Below, piece by piece: positions 29,909 to 45,649 of a stretch of DNA of 64,000 bases. The position numbers and the translations under genes were made by a program. The number at the start of each line of letters is the position of its first letter. The stretch's first letter is position 1. The stretch comes from the human T2T-CHM13v2.0 reference genome, Homo sapiens. Location of the stretch: contig CP068257.2 in assembly GCA_009914755.4 (NCBI GenBank), positions 22,880,001-22,944,000 of the forward strand, in the 5' to 3' direction. The notes under the pieces are model-generated. The model did not search any database. It worked only from the letters and a program-made list of their open reading frames with translations, and had not been told where the DNA came from.

Positions 29909-32900
29909 AAATATATTCTTTATAATTCTGCCTATCACCAAGAAGTCTCACTGTACTGGCTATACTCAGTGCTCAGGAAATATCAAGGGATGGATAGCAC
30001 ATTTGAAATGATACTTGCAAACCTATTTGAGAAACACTGGTTGTCCAAGGTCAAAGGCTTTGCTTTGAGTTCTCATGGCCATTATGTCCACTCCAACAGA
30101 AACATACATTCCCATGGGATCGCATTACTAAATATACTCTGCATCTGGACTTCTCACTCCTTAACCTTGATTCTGCTCTTTAAATAGTCTGATAAAGCCA
30201 AATAATATACAAGTGTGTTGCTCTATGCCTACGCTTATCAACAATAGGTTCTGTGGCCTTTTTCAAATATAAAACCTAAAAACATTCTGCATGACCTTCA
30301 GCCCAGAGATCCAGTTTACTAGAAAAAACAGCCATGTAAGGATGGTCTTTAGGCTCAATGGAGGGATCTTACTGTTAACCGCAAACACTCAGAAAACTCC
30401 ACTAAATTTATGTTTCCCAATTAAAACTTCACCTATTTACCTCCAAGATTTCCCTGCTGATGGTAGATCTAAAATGCAGATTTCTTCAGGTATTCCCAGA
30501 ATTACAAGTCATAACTAGGGAAAAACCTCTTCCAAGTAACTTAGATAGTAGGAGATTATTAGAAATGAAATTTTTCTGCCCAAGAGCTTCAGATAGAGAC
30601 ACACAAACGCCAGTATTCACTGATAATTAGATTCTCCTTTGTTTCTTTATCTTCTTTTCTATGTTTATTTTTCCTTCTTTCTATTCATTTAATGTTTTTG
30701 AGGGTTACATGATATTCTTAAGAGCTTTACCCTTAAACTTGTTACTTTGTATATCAGGGGGATATGCTGTATTAAATAGACCTACTAATATCAAAGCTCT
30801 TTTTCTGACAGACTTTTTATTGGGATCGAATATGTTCTCTTTGATGATTTCAGGTTGGAAAGAATCTTGGTTTAAAGAGATTATTCAAGACTTTCTAATA
30901 ATTCTAATTTTCATTCTTCTTGTATTCATAGGGCTTTTTAAAATTCACTTTTTCCAGTGTCTTAAAGTATTCCATATAACAACTCATTTGATAACTTATG
31001 GAAATTCAACCACAATGAGTACAAGTCATGAGAAGTTTGATGGCAGCTGTCACCAATAAATCTGAAAGTTCAATTGACCCTAGTGGCACAGATTTGAAGG
31101 AATTAACAATATTTGTTAAATAATAAGACTCAATCCCTTCTCTGACAAAAAGGAGTTATTGTAGGAGACTCTGGAAGACTGAAAAATTACCGCTTGGCCA
31201 CCTACCTGCTTCCTCTTGACTTTGGTCCATATGGCTTGTCCTCCCACTCTGATATTTGCATAATCTTAACCTCTAACCCAACCTTCTTGCTAAAACTATA
31301 TTACCCAAACAAACAGCAGTTAAAGCCCAAAATAATTATTTCTTCTGAGACCCATATTTGACCAAACATTCCCCCAAAGTAGCTTAACATCTGCTAAAAC
31401 CTTTGGCAAAGCCCCAAGAACATTTTAACCACCCTCTCCCAAGTTAGTACACACCTTTGAGGTATTTTGCAAGCTGCTATATTCTGAATAAAGGCTTATG
31501 GTTGACGACATATCAGTTTCTTTTTTTCCATGAATATCAACTTTTATAGCCTTAAAGAGCACACATGACACACTACTAAATGAGGACATTATCTTTTATT
31601 GTGTGTCTAGTCTGAGAATAATGTTTAATTAAACTGTTTCAGATGTTTGAAGATGAGTAATAGAAAATTTGTATATTTAACTGGAATAACTAAAAATATC
31701 TAATAAATTCACATTTCTTTCCATTAATATAAATCAGGAGCAACTTAGGGTAAGCACAAGACTAACCACAAATTTAGTAATAGGAATAATTCACTTTTTT
31801 ACTGAGCTTTTGCTGTGAGCTAGGTCCTGTGCTAACTATCTGAACATGCAATTTCTCATTTAATTACCTTGATGCAAAGTATCACAGGGTCATTTTTCCC
31901 CAAAGTGATAATAATGCCATGATGACAATTTACACTAAGCATGTTTGCAACCATTTGCTTGGCATTTTAGCCAACATGGCATTTGTATAGTGTCATTGTA
32001 TTGGTCTCTATTAATATGTGCTGAGAGATCTGGCAAGATGGCTGAATAGGAACTGCTCCCGTCCACAGCTCCCAGCCAGGCCAATGCAGAAGGCCGGTGA
32101 TCTCTGCATTTCCAACTGAGGTACCCAGTTCATCTCACTGGGACTGGTTAGAGAGTGGATGCAGCCCATGGAAGGCAAGCATAAGCAGGGTGGGGCGTCA
32201 CCTCACCCGGGATGTGCAAGGGATTGGGAAACTCCCTCCCCAAGCCAAGGGAAGCCATGAGGGAATGTGCCTTGAGAGACAGTGCTATCCGGCCCAGATA
32301 CTACACTTTTCCCATGGTTTCTGCAACCCACAGACCAGGAGATTCCATCGGGTGCCTACACCACCAGGGCCCTAGGTTTCAAGCACAAAACTGGGTGGCC
32401 ATTTGGACAGACACTGTGCTAGCTGCAGGAATTTTTTTTCGTATCTCAGTGGCACCTGGAACGCCAATGAGACAGAACCGTTCACCCCCTGGAAAGTGGG
32501 TTGAAGCCAGGGAGCCGAGTGGTCTTGCTCAGTGGATCCCACCTCCAAGGAGTCCAACAAGCTAAGATCCACCGGCTTGAGGGAGGGAAGGGCGTCCACC
32601 ATTACTGAGGCTTGAGTAGGCTGTTTTCCCCTCACAGTGTAGTAGAAGCCACTGGGAAGCTCGGACTGGGCAGAACTCACCACAGTGCTGCAAAGCCGCT
32701 GTAGCCAGACTTCCTCTCTGGATTCCTCCTCTCCGGGAAGGACATTTCTGAAAGAAAAACAGCAGCCCCAGTCAGGGGCTTATAGATGAAACTCCCATCT
32801 CCCTGGGACAGAGCACCTGGAAGGAGGGGTGGCTGTGGGTGCAGCTTCAGCAGACTTAAATGTTCCTGCCTGCTGGCTCTGAAGAGAGCAGCAGATCTCT

Positions 32901-33307
32901 CAGCACAGTGCTCTAGCTGTGCTAAGGGACAGACTGCCTCCTCAAGGGGGTCCCTGACTCCCATGCCTCCTGACTGGGAGACACCTCCTAGAAGGGGTCA
33001 GCAGACATCTCATACAAGAGAGCTCCAGCTGGCATCTGGCAGGTGCCCCTCTGGGGTGAGGCTTCCAGAGGAAGGAACAGGCAGCAATCTTTGCTGTTCT
33101 GCAGCCTCTGCTAGTGATACCCAGGCAAACAGGGTCTGGAGTGGACCTCCAGCAAACTCCAGCAGACCTGCAGAAGAGAGGCCTGACTATTAGAAGGAAA
33201 ACTAACAAACACAAAGCAATATCAACATCAACAAAATGGATGCCAACTCAAAAACCCCATCCAGAGGTCATCAGAATCAAAGATCAAAGGTAGATAAATT
33301 CACAAAA

Positions 33308-34317
33308 ATGGAGAAAAACCAGGACAAAAAGGCTGAAAAAGGCCTCTTCTCCTCCAAAGGATCACAACTCCTCACCAGCAAGGGAACAAACCTGGGTGGA
33401 GAATGAGCTTGATGAATTAACAGAAGTTAGCTTCAGAAAGAGGGTAATAACAAACTCCTTCGAGCTAAAGAACCATGTTCTAACCCAATGCAAGGAAGCC
33501 AAGAACCTTGAAAAAAGGTTACAGGAACTGCTAATTAGAATAACCAGTTTAGACAAGAACATAAATGACCTGATGGGGCTGAAAAACACAGCACAGGGAC
33601 TTTGTGAAGCATACACAAGTGTCAATAGCCAAATTGATCAAGCAGAAGAAAGGATATCAAAGATTGAAGATAAACTTAATGAAATAAAGCATGAAGACAA
33701 GATTAGAGAAAGAAGAATGAAAAGGAATGAACAAATCCTCCAAGAAATATGGGACCATGTGAAAAGACCAAACTACGATTGACTGGTGTACTTAAAAGTG
33801 ACAGGGAGAATGGAACGAAGTTGGAAAACACACTTCAGGAGGTTATACAGGAGAACTTCCCCAACCTAGCAAGACAGGGCAACATTCAAATTAAGAAAAT
33901 ATAGAGAACACCACTAAGATACTCCTCTAGAAGAGCAACCCAAAGACACATAATCATCAGATTCCTCATCATTGAACCAAAGAAAAAATGTTAAGGGAAT
34001 CCAGAGAGAAAGGTCAGGTTTCCCACAAAGGGAAGCTCATCAGACTAATAGTGGATCTCTCTGCAGAAACTCTACAAGCCAGAAGAGAGTGGGGGGCCAA
34101 TATTCAACATTCTTAAAGAAAAGAATTTTCAACCCAGAATTTCATATCCAGCCAAATTAAGCTTCATAAGCAAAGGAGAAATAAAATCCTGTATAGACAA
34201 GCAAATGCTGAGGAATTTTGCCACCACCAGGGCTGCCTTACAAGAACTCCTGAAGGAAGCACTAAACATGGAAAGGAACAACTGGTACCAGCCACTGCAA
34301 AAACATACCAAATTGTA
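33308..34317 (+). pseudogene. L1 ORF1 (ORF1p) relic, interrupted
   Basis: The translation carries coiled-coil/RRM-like ORF1p motifs (…NEQILQEIWDHVKRPN…, …RLIVDLSAETLQARREWGPIFNILKEKNFQPRISYPAKLSFISKGEIKS…) with internal stops and frameshifts. Confidence 0.85.
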
Positions 34318-34381
34318 AAGAACGTCGACACTATGAAGAAACTGCATCAACTAATGGACAAAAAAACCAGCTAGCATCATA

Positions 34382-37300
34382 ATGACAGGATCAAATTCAC
34401 ACATAACAATATTAACTTTAAATGTAAATGGGCTAAATGCCCCAATTAAAGGACACAGACTAGCAAATTGGATAAAACATCAAGACCCAATGGTGTGCTG
34501 TATTCAGGAGACCCATCTCAAGTGCAAAGACATACAAAGGCTCAAAAAGGGATAGAGGAATATTTATGAAGCAAATAGAAAGCAAAAAAGCAGGGGTTGC
34601 AATCCTAGTCTCTGATAAAACAGGCTTTAAACCACAAAGATCAAAAAAGACATAGAAGGCCATTGCATAATAGTAAAGGGATCAATGCAACAAGAGGAGC
34701 TAACTATCCAAAATATTTATGCACCCAATACAGGAGCACCCAGATTCATAAAGCAAGTTCTTAGAAACCGCAAAGAGACTGAGACTGCCACACAGTAATA
34801 GTGGGAAACTCTAATACCCCACTGTCAATATTAGACAGATCAACAAGAGAAAAAGTTAACAAGGATATTTGGGACTTGTAATCAGCTCTGAACCAAGTGG
34901 ACCTAATAGCCATCTACAAAACTCTCCACCCCAAATCAACAGAACGTACATGCTTTTCAGGACCACATTGCACTAAATCTAAAATTGATCACATAATTGG
35001 AAATAAAACACTCCTCACCAAATGCAAAAGAATGGAAATCATGACAGTCTCTCAGACCACAGTGCAATCAAATTAGAACTCAGGATTAAGGAACTCACTA
35101 AAAACAGCACAACTACATGGAAACTGAACAAATAGCTCCTCAATAACTACTGGGTAAATAATGAAATTAAGGCAGAAATAAATAAGTACTTTAAAACCAA
35201 TGGGAACAAAGACACAACGTACCAGAATCTCTGGGACACAGCTAAAACAGTGTTTAGAGGGAAATTTATAGCACTAAATGTCCACATGAGAAAGTGGGAA
35301 AGATCTAAAATTGACACCCTAACATCAAAATTAGAAGAACTACAGAAGCAAAAGCAAACAAATTCAAAAACTAGCAGAAGACAAGAAATAACTAAGATCA
35401 GAGCAGAACTGAAGGAGATAGAGACATGAAAAACCCTTTTAAAAAAATCAGTAAATCCAGGAGCTGACTTTTTGAAAAGATTAACAAAATAGATTGACCA
35501 CTAGCCAGAATAATAAAGAAGAAAAGAGGGAAGAATCAAATAGACACAATAAAAAATGATAAAGGGGATATCACCACCAATCCCACAGAAATACAAAATA
35601 GCATCAGAGAATACTATAAACACCTCTATGCAAATAAACTAGAAAACCTAGCAGAAACGGACAAATTCCTGGACACATACACACTCCCAAGACTAAACCA
35701 GGAAGAAGTCAAATCTCTGAGTAGACCAATAACATGTTCTGAAATTGAGGCAGTAATTAATAGCCTACCAATGAAAAAAAGACCGGGACTAGACGGATTC
35801 ACAGCTGAATTCTCCCAGAGGTACAAAGAGGAGCCTGTATTATTCCTTTTGAAATTTTCCAAACAATAGAAAAAGAGGAACTCCTCCCTAACTCATTTTA
35901 TGAGGCCAGCACAATCCTGATACCAAAACCTGGCAGAGACACACACAAAAAAGAAAATTTCAGGCCAATGTCCATGATGAACATCGATGTGAAAATCCGC
36001 AATAAAATAATGGCAAAACGAATCCAGCAGCACATCAAAAAGCGTATCCACCACAATCAAGTCGGCTTCATACCTGTGATGCAAGGATGGTTCAACATAT
36101 GAAAATCAGTAAACATAATCCATCACATAAACAGAATCAATGACAAAACAACGTGATTATCTCAACAGATGCAGAAAAGGCCTTCAATAAAATTCAACAC
36201 ACATTCATGCTAAACAAACTCAATAAACTAGGTATTGAAGGGACATATCTCAAAATAATAAGAGCTATTTACGACAAACGCACAGCCAATATCATACTGA
36301 ATGCACAAAAGCTAGAAGCATTTCCCTTGAAAACCGGCACAAGACAAGGATGGCCTCTCTCACTACTCCTATTCAACACTATATTGGAAGTTCTGGCCAG
36401 GGCAATCAGGCAAGAGAAAGAAATAAAGGATATTCAAATAGGAAAAGAGGAAGTCAAATTGTCTCTGTTTGCAGATGACATGATTGTATATTTAGGAAAC
36501 CACATCATCTGAAAACTCCCTAAGCTGATAAGCAACTTAAGCAAAGTCTCAGGATACAAAATCAATGGGCAAAAATCACAAGCATTCCTATACACCAATA
36601 ATAGACAAACAGAGAGCCAAGTCGTGAGTGAACTCCCATTCACAATTGCTACAAAGAGAATAAAATACCTAGGAATACAACTTATAAGGAATGTGAAGGT
36701 CCTCTTCAAGGAGAACTACAAACCACTGCTCAAGGAAATAAGAGAGGACACAAACAAATGGAAAAACATTCCATGCTCATGGATAGGAAGAATCAATATC
36801 TTGAAAATGGCCATACTGTCCAAAGTAATTCATAGATTCAATGCTATTTCCCTGAAGCTACTATTGACTTTCTTCACAGAATTAGAAAAAACTACTTTAA
36901 ATTGTATATGGAACCAAAAAAGAGCCTGTATAGTCAAGACAATCCTAAGCAAAAAAACAAAGCTTGAGGCATTACGCTCCCCGACTTTAAACTATACTAC
37001 AAAAGTCCACATTAACCAAAATTGCATGGTACTGGTACCAAAACAGATATATAGACCAACGAAACAGAACAGAGGCCTCAGAAATAACACCACACATACA
37101 TGACCGTCTGATCTTTGACAAATCTGACACAAACAGGCAATTGGGAAAGGATTCCCTATTTAATAAATTGTGTTGAGAAAACTGACTAGCCATATGCAGA
37201 AAACTAAAGCTGGACCACCTCCTTACACCTTACACAAAAATTAACTCAAGATGGGTTAAAGACTTAAATGTAAGACCTAAAGCCACAAATACCCTAGAAG

Positions 37301-38290
37301 AAAACCTAGGCAATACCATTCAGGACATAGGCATGGGCAAAGACTTCATGTTTAAAACACAAAAAGCAATGGCAGCTAAAGCCAAAATTGACAAATGGGA
37401 TCTAATTAAACTAAAGAGCTTCTGTACAGCAAAAGAAACTATCATCAGAGTGAACAGGCAACCTACAGAATGGGAGAAAATTTTTGTCATCTATCCATCT
37501 GACTAAGGGCTAATATTCAGAATCTATAGGAACTTAAACAAATTTACAAGAACAAAAAAACCCCATCAAAAAGTGGGCAAAGGATATAAACAGACACTTC
37601 TCAAAAGACGACATCTATGTGGCCAACAGACATAAGAAAAAATGCTCATCATCACTGGTCGTTAGAGAAATGCAAATCAAAACCATGATGGGATAACATC
37701 TCATGCCAGTTAAAATGGCAATCAATAAAAAGTCAGAAAACAACAGATGCTGGAGACGATGTGGAGAAATAAGAATGCTTTTACACTTTTGGTGGGAGTG
37801 TAAATTAGTTCAACCATTGTGAAAGTGTGGCAATTCCTCAAGGATCTGGAACCAGAAATGCCATTTAACCCAGTAATCCCATTACTGGGTATATACCCAA
37901 AGATTATATATCATTCTACTATAAAGACACATGCACACGTATGTTTATTGCAGCATTATTTACAATAGCAAAGACTTGGAACCAACCCAAATGCCCATCA
38001 ATGATAGACTGGTTAAAGAAAATGTGGCACATAAACAACGTGGAATACTATGCAGCCATAAAAAAGGTGAGTTCATGTTCTTTTCAGGGACATGGATGAA
38101 GCTGGAAACTATCATTCTCAGCAAACTAACACAGGAACAGAAAACCAAATACTGCATGTTCTCACTCATAAGTGGGAGTTGAACAATGAGAATATATCGA
38201 CATAGGGAGGGGAACATCACACACTAGGGCCTGTTGGGGGGTGGGGGCTAAGGGGAGGGATAGCATTAGGAGAAATACCTAACATAGATG
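34382..38290 (+). pseudogene. L1 ORF2 (endonuclease/reverse transcriptase) relic, multiply interrupted
   Basis: ORF2p-like peptides run throughout (…[47 protein letters not shown]…, …[26 protein letters not shown]…IKYLGIQL…). The longest open stretch is 159 aa, so the gene cannot be functional. Confidence 0.85.
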
Positions 38291-41200
38291 ACGGGTTGAT
38301 GGGTGCAGCAAACCACCATGGCACATGTATACCTATGTTACAAACCTGCACGTTCTGCTCATGTTCCTAGAATTTAAAGTATATTAAAAAATATGCCAAG
38401 TGCTTATTATCAGAATGTTAACAGAAAATATAGACAGAAAAAATAACTTTGTGTATATACTCTGTCATAAACAGCACAATCACCAAATTTTAGTCATACT
38501 ATGCTCTTAAATCATATCTGATGTTTCTAAATTTTTAAAGTATTGTGCTTCTTTTAAACAAAGATCCATATACAAATGTTGAGACAGCCTGCAGCATTTA
38601 AGTTGCAAAAAGATGCTCTAAGTGGAAATTGTGTATAATTTTAAGATAACTAAGCAGTATACCTAGACAATATAACAAGACAAGTTCAGTAGCATAACTC
38701 TTAGCGGCAGGTATTATAAATTAGGTAAAAATTACATTCACTTTTAAAGAAACACTGATGAATTCACTAATAAGGGAAAGACATTACACATTATTTTAAA
38801 CATACTGTTAAACAGACACTATTGTAATGCTGTAATGACATCCCAGTAGGCGGCACATATTACACACCATTTACCGCGGCAAGGAGCATGAGAGCCATTG
38901 CACAACTGGCTACAGGAGGATAAAGTGGTAAATCGCAGCATCACTGAAGCATGAATGTAGCCTAATTAACAAAACTGAAGCTTCTACACTCATGCTGTCT
39001 TTTCACATGTCTTAATTCACTTGCATGGTCTATGCCTTTGTGTTCAGTAGAATGTTGCTTCTCACTGGCATGCTGCAGTGTTTCTCGTCTACCTGCTGCA
39101 TTTTGAGTGATATCTTAAGATGCTGTGCATGCAATTATCTTTTGCTCAGTAGTATTCTACTTAAAATCTACCATCTAACTTCTAGCTTCTTCTATTAAAA
39201 GCAAGTAGAAATGTCTGACTTCTGGAATCACATTCAAAAATATATTTCTTAATTTCTTGTAGTTATGAGTGTAATTCCGTTTATTTCAACAAAATCCTAG
39301 CTAAATTCTTTTCTACAATTTTTAATACCCAAGGATATTAACTTACACTGGAGAGTAATAGAGAAGAAAACAAATGAGGCTTACCTTTCTTGATGACAGG
39401 CAAAACTACTCATCTCTGAATACTTCTGTCAGCCTCTCCGTCTTCAAAATATACATCAACTTTTCTCTTCTCTCTCCATTCAGTAGAATGAAAAACTGTT
39501 TAGTTTTATATAGCTGCACTGTTGTAAGTCATACAAATAATATTATCTGTATGAAATAGTGAAAGATCAGTTGATAGAACATCTTAAGTCCTGTTGTTTA
39601 ATTACTGAAACCCGTTTAAATCTTCTGTGGCATAATTTGCTCTTTGAATCATGAGAGAGTGATTGATTACTTTTGGAATGTTACTGATTTTGAAGTTCAT
39701 TTGATTCCATTTATCTTCATCTCTTATCATGTACAACTTTTGAGGAAGGAACAAATCTGAAGCACAATATATTTATGTGTTTGAATACCATAAAGCCAAA
39801 ATAAAGCCTCATTAACCAATTCTTTCAGTGGCATTGTCACTGATTTTTGTTTGTGAGCTTCAGTAAAGCAGCCTAAACAACAATGCCAGGTCTCTAGATA
39901 TGTGGCATGATATAATAAAGTCAAGTGAGTTATTCTTATGCCACAATATCTTATCTACAACATGTAATGATGAACAAAATTCAATGTATTAAACACACCT
40001 ATGTATATATACAATTCATTACATATGTACCTGATATATTCATCCATAAACAGATGCACTGAGTTATTATTGATGACAGTAAAATGAACACATTTAAATT
40101 GTTCAATGTAATAATTTTGATATCTGCATACACTAATGGCACTATGATTATAATCAAAACAATAAATATACCTTAACTTCAAAAGCTTTCTGTGATCCTT
40201 AAAGTCCTCTCTGTTGTTTATTTTTCAAGATAGTGGTTCAATTTAAAAAATAAAAAAAATTATGAAATACAGAAGAATAATTGAAATATATTTTCACCAG
40301 AGCTCATAACCGATCATTATATCTTTCCTCCACCACCCATTACAGCACTTCAGGCGATGATGCTGCTTGGTTGATTGGGTAATCAAGAAGAGCTTAACCC
40401 TGAGGGAGATGAGGCACTAATTTTCTTGCCCTATTGAGGTTTTCATTATTGCAATTGCTAATTCATTGTTATAAGTTGGCAGAGACTCAACAATAAAACC
40501 CCTGTGCTCTAGACATATTTCATTTTGTAGCAGGAAGTGTAACTCCTCCAATTAACTTTTTTTTTTTTGCTTTTGCCTGTTATTCTGTGGTCATGAGAAT
40601 TCCAAAGTTGACCATGAGGCAGTCTTAGCTTCTCATTTCATGGAAACCCTACTTTCACATGGTAAAACCATCCCTGCCTAGGAATAAGAGCTCTAGTGCA
40701 ACAGACCTTCACTTTACCATGATAGGAAGCACAATTCTCCAAGTGAGTCACTGGAAATAGTGAGAAGGGCCGATCTTACTTCCATCTTTTGCTTTGTGAA
40801 CTCATGTATTCTAGCTATTTAAGATCCAATGCCATATTCTACCATTAGTTTGATGACATAACAGTCCCTGGAAAACAGTAAACGAGATTTGCTAAGTATT
40901 GTTGTCAAGCTGAATTCTTATCTTGTGCTTTGACAGTCTATCCTGATATTGTCACCCTCAGATGCTGATGAGGGGTGTGCTATTTGGTGGGACTAGGGGA
41001 GCCCATGATCATTCATCCATATTGCAACTCCTTTCCTATTAAATGCCTCCCTTGGTCTGAGGTATGTAACACAAAATCTCCTGTAATTAAATCAGGAGGT
41101 CTTCTACTGGTGATGACAGAGATATCATTGACAAGAAGGGAAAACCCATATCAGATATAGGTGGGAGTATGCATAATAATACATTTATAATTTCTCAAAG

Positions 41201-41948
41201 GTAAATGATTCTACTGAAATGGACTTGACACCAAGTAGTTAGCTGGCCTCCTTAAGACATGCTGGGAAATAGAGAGCAGCATAGGTTTCTGTGGTTGATA
41301 AATTAAGAACTCAACACTAGCATGTCCTCTGGGTGAGAGGAAGGCCACACTGCAGTGTCCATACATCACACTCATCCTTGAAATCTTGGAAACTCTGTTC
41401 ATGGATCCTTCATACAAATTCTATGTGACAAAGAAGAGAGAGTAGCTGACATCCACCTGTTATTTGTGAAATAACTCATTTCAAATGATCCTTTTCCATG
41501 GGCATTGATACATGATTCAAAGACCTACATACCTTTTTTCCTACTCTAATTGGTCCAATGCTAATCCTTTCCAGACTGTTTTGACTCCAACATTTAGTCT
41601 TGTCCTTTCTAATCCCCTAACTTATGAGCTAAGCCATTCACCACTGTCTGGGAGTCCATACATCTATTCTCATCAGGTCATATACACATATATACAGAAT
41701 TGAATATCAATAATACAGCTTATTATGAAGTTTTTCTACCATTGATGTTTGTTAGGGTCACTGTTAAGTAAGGCAATAATGTGTCAGTGTTTTTTTTGTT
41801 GTTGCTGTTGTTGTAATTAATATATTGAGTCACAATGTTTATGACCTACTCAGAACTTTTGATTCACTCTATTAAATGAAGGTAAATCATACATATAAGA
41901 AAGATGTAGACTGAGGAGAGAAAATAGGTCAAAAGAGGTAGATGAGGG

Positions 41949-42339
<391 letters not shown>

Positions 42340-43157
42340 TTACTAGTATCCCTGCTTATCTAATTATTTTGTGGATCTGACAATACCATACGTCATGGTA
42401 ACCAAGCTCAGTTACTTAATCTACTTTTAGTCTCTCTGATTCTACTAGGCTCCAGTTACATTTCAGAAACTGTTATTAATTGGTAAATAGTTCTCTGTAT
42501 CAGAAGATATAACCTTGCTCTAGAATCTTGGTATCTGGGGAAGGTTGTAAACTTTGGCTGTAAATTTCTGTTGATACTCTTCCTTTAAAAAAGTGGAGTT
42601 CATTTTTCCACCCATGTGAAATTGGGATGGCTTTGTGGATTGCATAAGCCAGTAAATGTGTTGGAAATAATGCTGTTTCTCATAGTTTGAATTCTCCCGG
42701 AAACAGAGCCTGAAATGGAGGTTAGTGTGCGTGATGTTTATTAGGGGATGCGCTTTGTATTAACATCTACATAGACAAGGGGAAGAAAGCAAAGTTTAAC
42801 AGAGGAAGAAGATGACCTGCAAACAACTTACTGTATCTTTAGCCGACCTGCCATGGAGCACTGGAACTAAAATGTCTTTCAGAGTCATCCTTCATTTAGT
42901 TAAAATGGCCAAGTCTTTCTTTATGCCCGATTACCATCATTTATTGAATGTGGGTGTCCTTGATGGTAGGTTACCACAGGTGCAGTAAATATCTGTAACT
43001 GACACAACTTTTGAAAGTGCTCACATGGGAAAACTTTTTGTTAACAAGATTTCCAACCACAAGGCAACATGTTTTTTGAAGAAGAATATGGACGATATAT
43101 TCCTATGTCCACCATACCGTATGACTTCTCAGGCTATGCTTTAAAATCTGTTTGCTG

Positions 43158-43468
<311 letters not shown>

Positions 43469-43978
43469 TTTGCCTCCTTCCTTTTAATTCTTTTGGAACA
43501 CTCTTTCATTTATTATTATTTTTAAATTTTCTGTATTTTATGATTCTTTAGCATGTTGGGGCCTTGTAGACCTTGGGAAAGGCTGATTCCCCCAGAATTA
43601 GCTTTTTCCTGGACATAGCAAACAACTTACCTGTGAATATGCCTTTGATATGCAAACCAACCGAATCTGAGTTCATAAACTCCATCATCTGCTTTATCAG
43701 GCTCTTGCCATCCAGGGACAATATCTCCCTGCCCTAAATCAGTCCAGCACCAAGTACTAGGCAACGAGGGACCACCCTTATAATCCAGAGCCCACCAAAA
43801 TTATTCAGTGTCAAATTCTAAGCCTACTTACCATTCCTCACCCTTTCCTTCCCAAAATAACCACAATACAGGTTTTCAGCCATGTTCTTCATTTGCTTTT
43901 TCAGACTCCTAACTGACCCTGGTGCCTCTCCATGCGGCCTGCATGGTGTGGTATTCCCCATTCTTTTGGAAACAGTGA

Positions 43979-44338
<360 letters not shown>

Positions 44339-45649
44339 ACAATTGCCATTTTAATTACAGTAATCTCCTGATCTGTTGGCCTCACCATACCTAAATAAAG
44401 TAAATTCTCATGTACCTTTTAAAATAACTCTCTCTTCAAAGCCATCAACTTTTTGCAGAAGGATAAGCAAAATTATTGGATGATGAGAGACCATGTGCAA
44501 TGAGAAAGGCTCCATGAACAGAACTGAAGCTATACAGTCAATAGCCTGTACTAAAGCCCCATACATGTGAGAAGGATCTCCTGGGACATTTCAGCCCAGC
44601 TGAACTCCCAGATGAAGGCAGTCCCACAGTCATCACAGCCAACACTGTATCTGCCAGCCAATCCTCAGAAGCATGAAAAGTAATAAACCTGTTTTCAAGA
44701 AACTGTTTGTGATGATTTGTCATGTCACAATAAATTATTACTCACCATAAACAAATAATCAGAAATTAGTGCCACAGGTAGTGGGCTGTTGTAACAAAAC
44801 CTGTAATATTTGGCACTGGCTTTTGGAAGTGCTAATAAGTAAGAACATTAAAAAGGATAAGGAAGCCGTAATTGAAAACTAGAGTAATAGTAAACTAATG
44901 GTTGGTGGAGGGTGGAGCAGGCAAAAAGAAATTGCTATTTGACACTGGGATAACTGGGAGAAAAGAAGACACATGTTACATGACATCATTACCTACTGTA
45001 GCACAGAAGATGGGAAATGTATTAAATGAACTTATTATATATGAAGATATGTTCAAGTAGGATATTAAAAATGCTGATTGGTTTCTTCTATTAATTGGCA
45101 GAGATAAAGATAAACTGAACATTTTACATTTTCAAGCAGAATCTAGAAGACAATTTTGTAATGCAGAACTTGCTGGCTTGCAAAATAAAACTTTATCATC
45201 CTCAACTTCTTCAGCTGGGAAATGGTTGACAAATTAAGAAGTGATCTCAGGCAAAATTGAATTTCACCTAACTGGTCTCAGAACACTCGAGAAGCCGAGG
45301 CAGGTACTGGCTGAAAGGCTTTATGAACGTAGATATGGAATGCCTTCATATGCTACTGGTTTTTCTTTTTCCTTGACTGATTATAGACTTGGTTTGGAAA
45401 TTCTATAGACTAAGATAACACAATTTTGAAAAGTGAAATGGGACATTAATTTATAGCAAAAAAAAAATTCTACCTTTACATCCTCAGAGAACTTCTATGA
45501 GTGAATTTCTCCCTCTCCACCTCTTTCTATCTGCTAAGGCAAGGGTAAGTGATCTGATTGGGGTATGCATGACCCATGGATGTAGAACATCTATCTATCT
45601 CACACTCCAGCAGGAGCTTATGGCCTTTTTGTCTGCCTGCCTTGTGTGT

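Larger units (their letters stand above)
32030..38392 (+). mobile_element. Full-length L1 LINE of an older L1PA subfamily (~6.36 kb: ~1.28-kb 5'UTR, ORF1, ORF2, 3'UTR), coding capacity destroyed
   Basis: The 5' end 'ggcaagatggctgaataggaactgctcc…' matches the L1PA 5'UTR start. The ORF1 start 'atggagaaaaaccaggacaaaaagg' is at 33308. The ORF2 start 'atgacaggatcaaattcacacataacaatattaactttaaatgtaaatgg' is at 34382. RT-domain peptides (…[11 protein letters not shown]…) and an ORF2 C-terminus are present. The 3' end reads '…cctgcacgttctgctcatgttcctagaatttaaagtatattaaaaaat'. Many stops and frameshifts are visible (ORF track fragments 33396..33782, 36153..36512, 36624..37103). Confidence 0.95.

Noticed and set aside
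30661-31059. 132-aa plus-strand ORF.
   Set aside because: The composition is dominated by F, L and I, reflecting the T-rich sequence ('MFIFPSFYSFNVFEGYMIFL…ILIFILLVFIGLFKIHFF'). There are no splice sites or conservation cues, so it is a typical spurious AT-rich ORF.
36153-37103. Plus-strand ORFs of 119 and 159 aa with clear reverse-transcriptase motifs.
   Set aside because: They are internal fragments of the dead L1PA ORF2 (stops and frameshifts on both sides). The same applies to 33396..33782 (ORF1p fragment).
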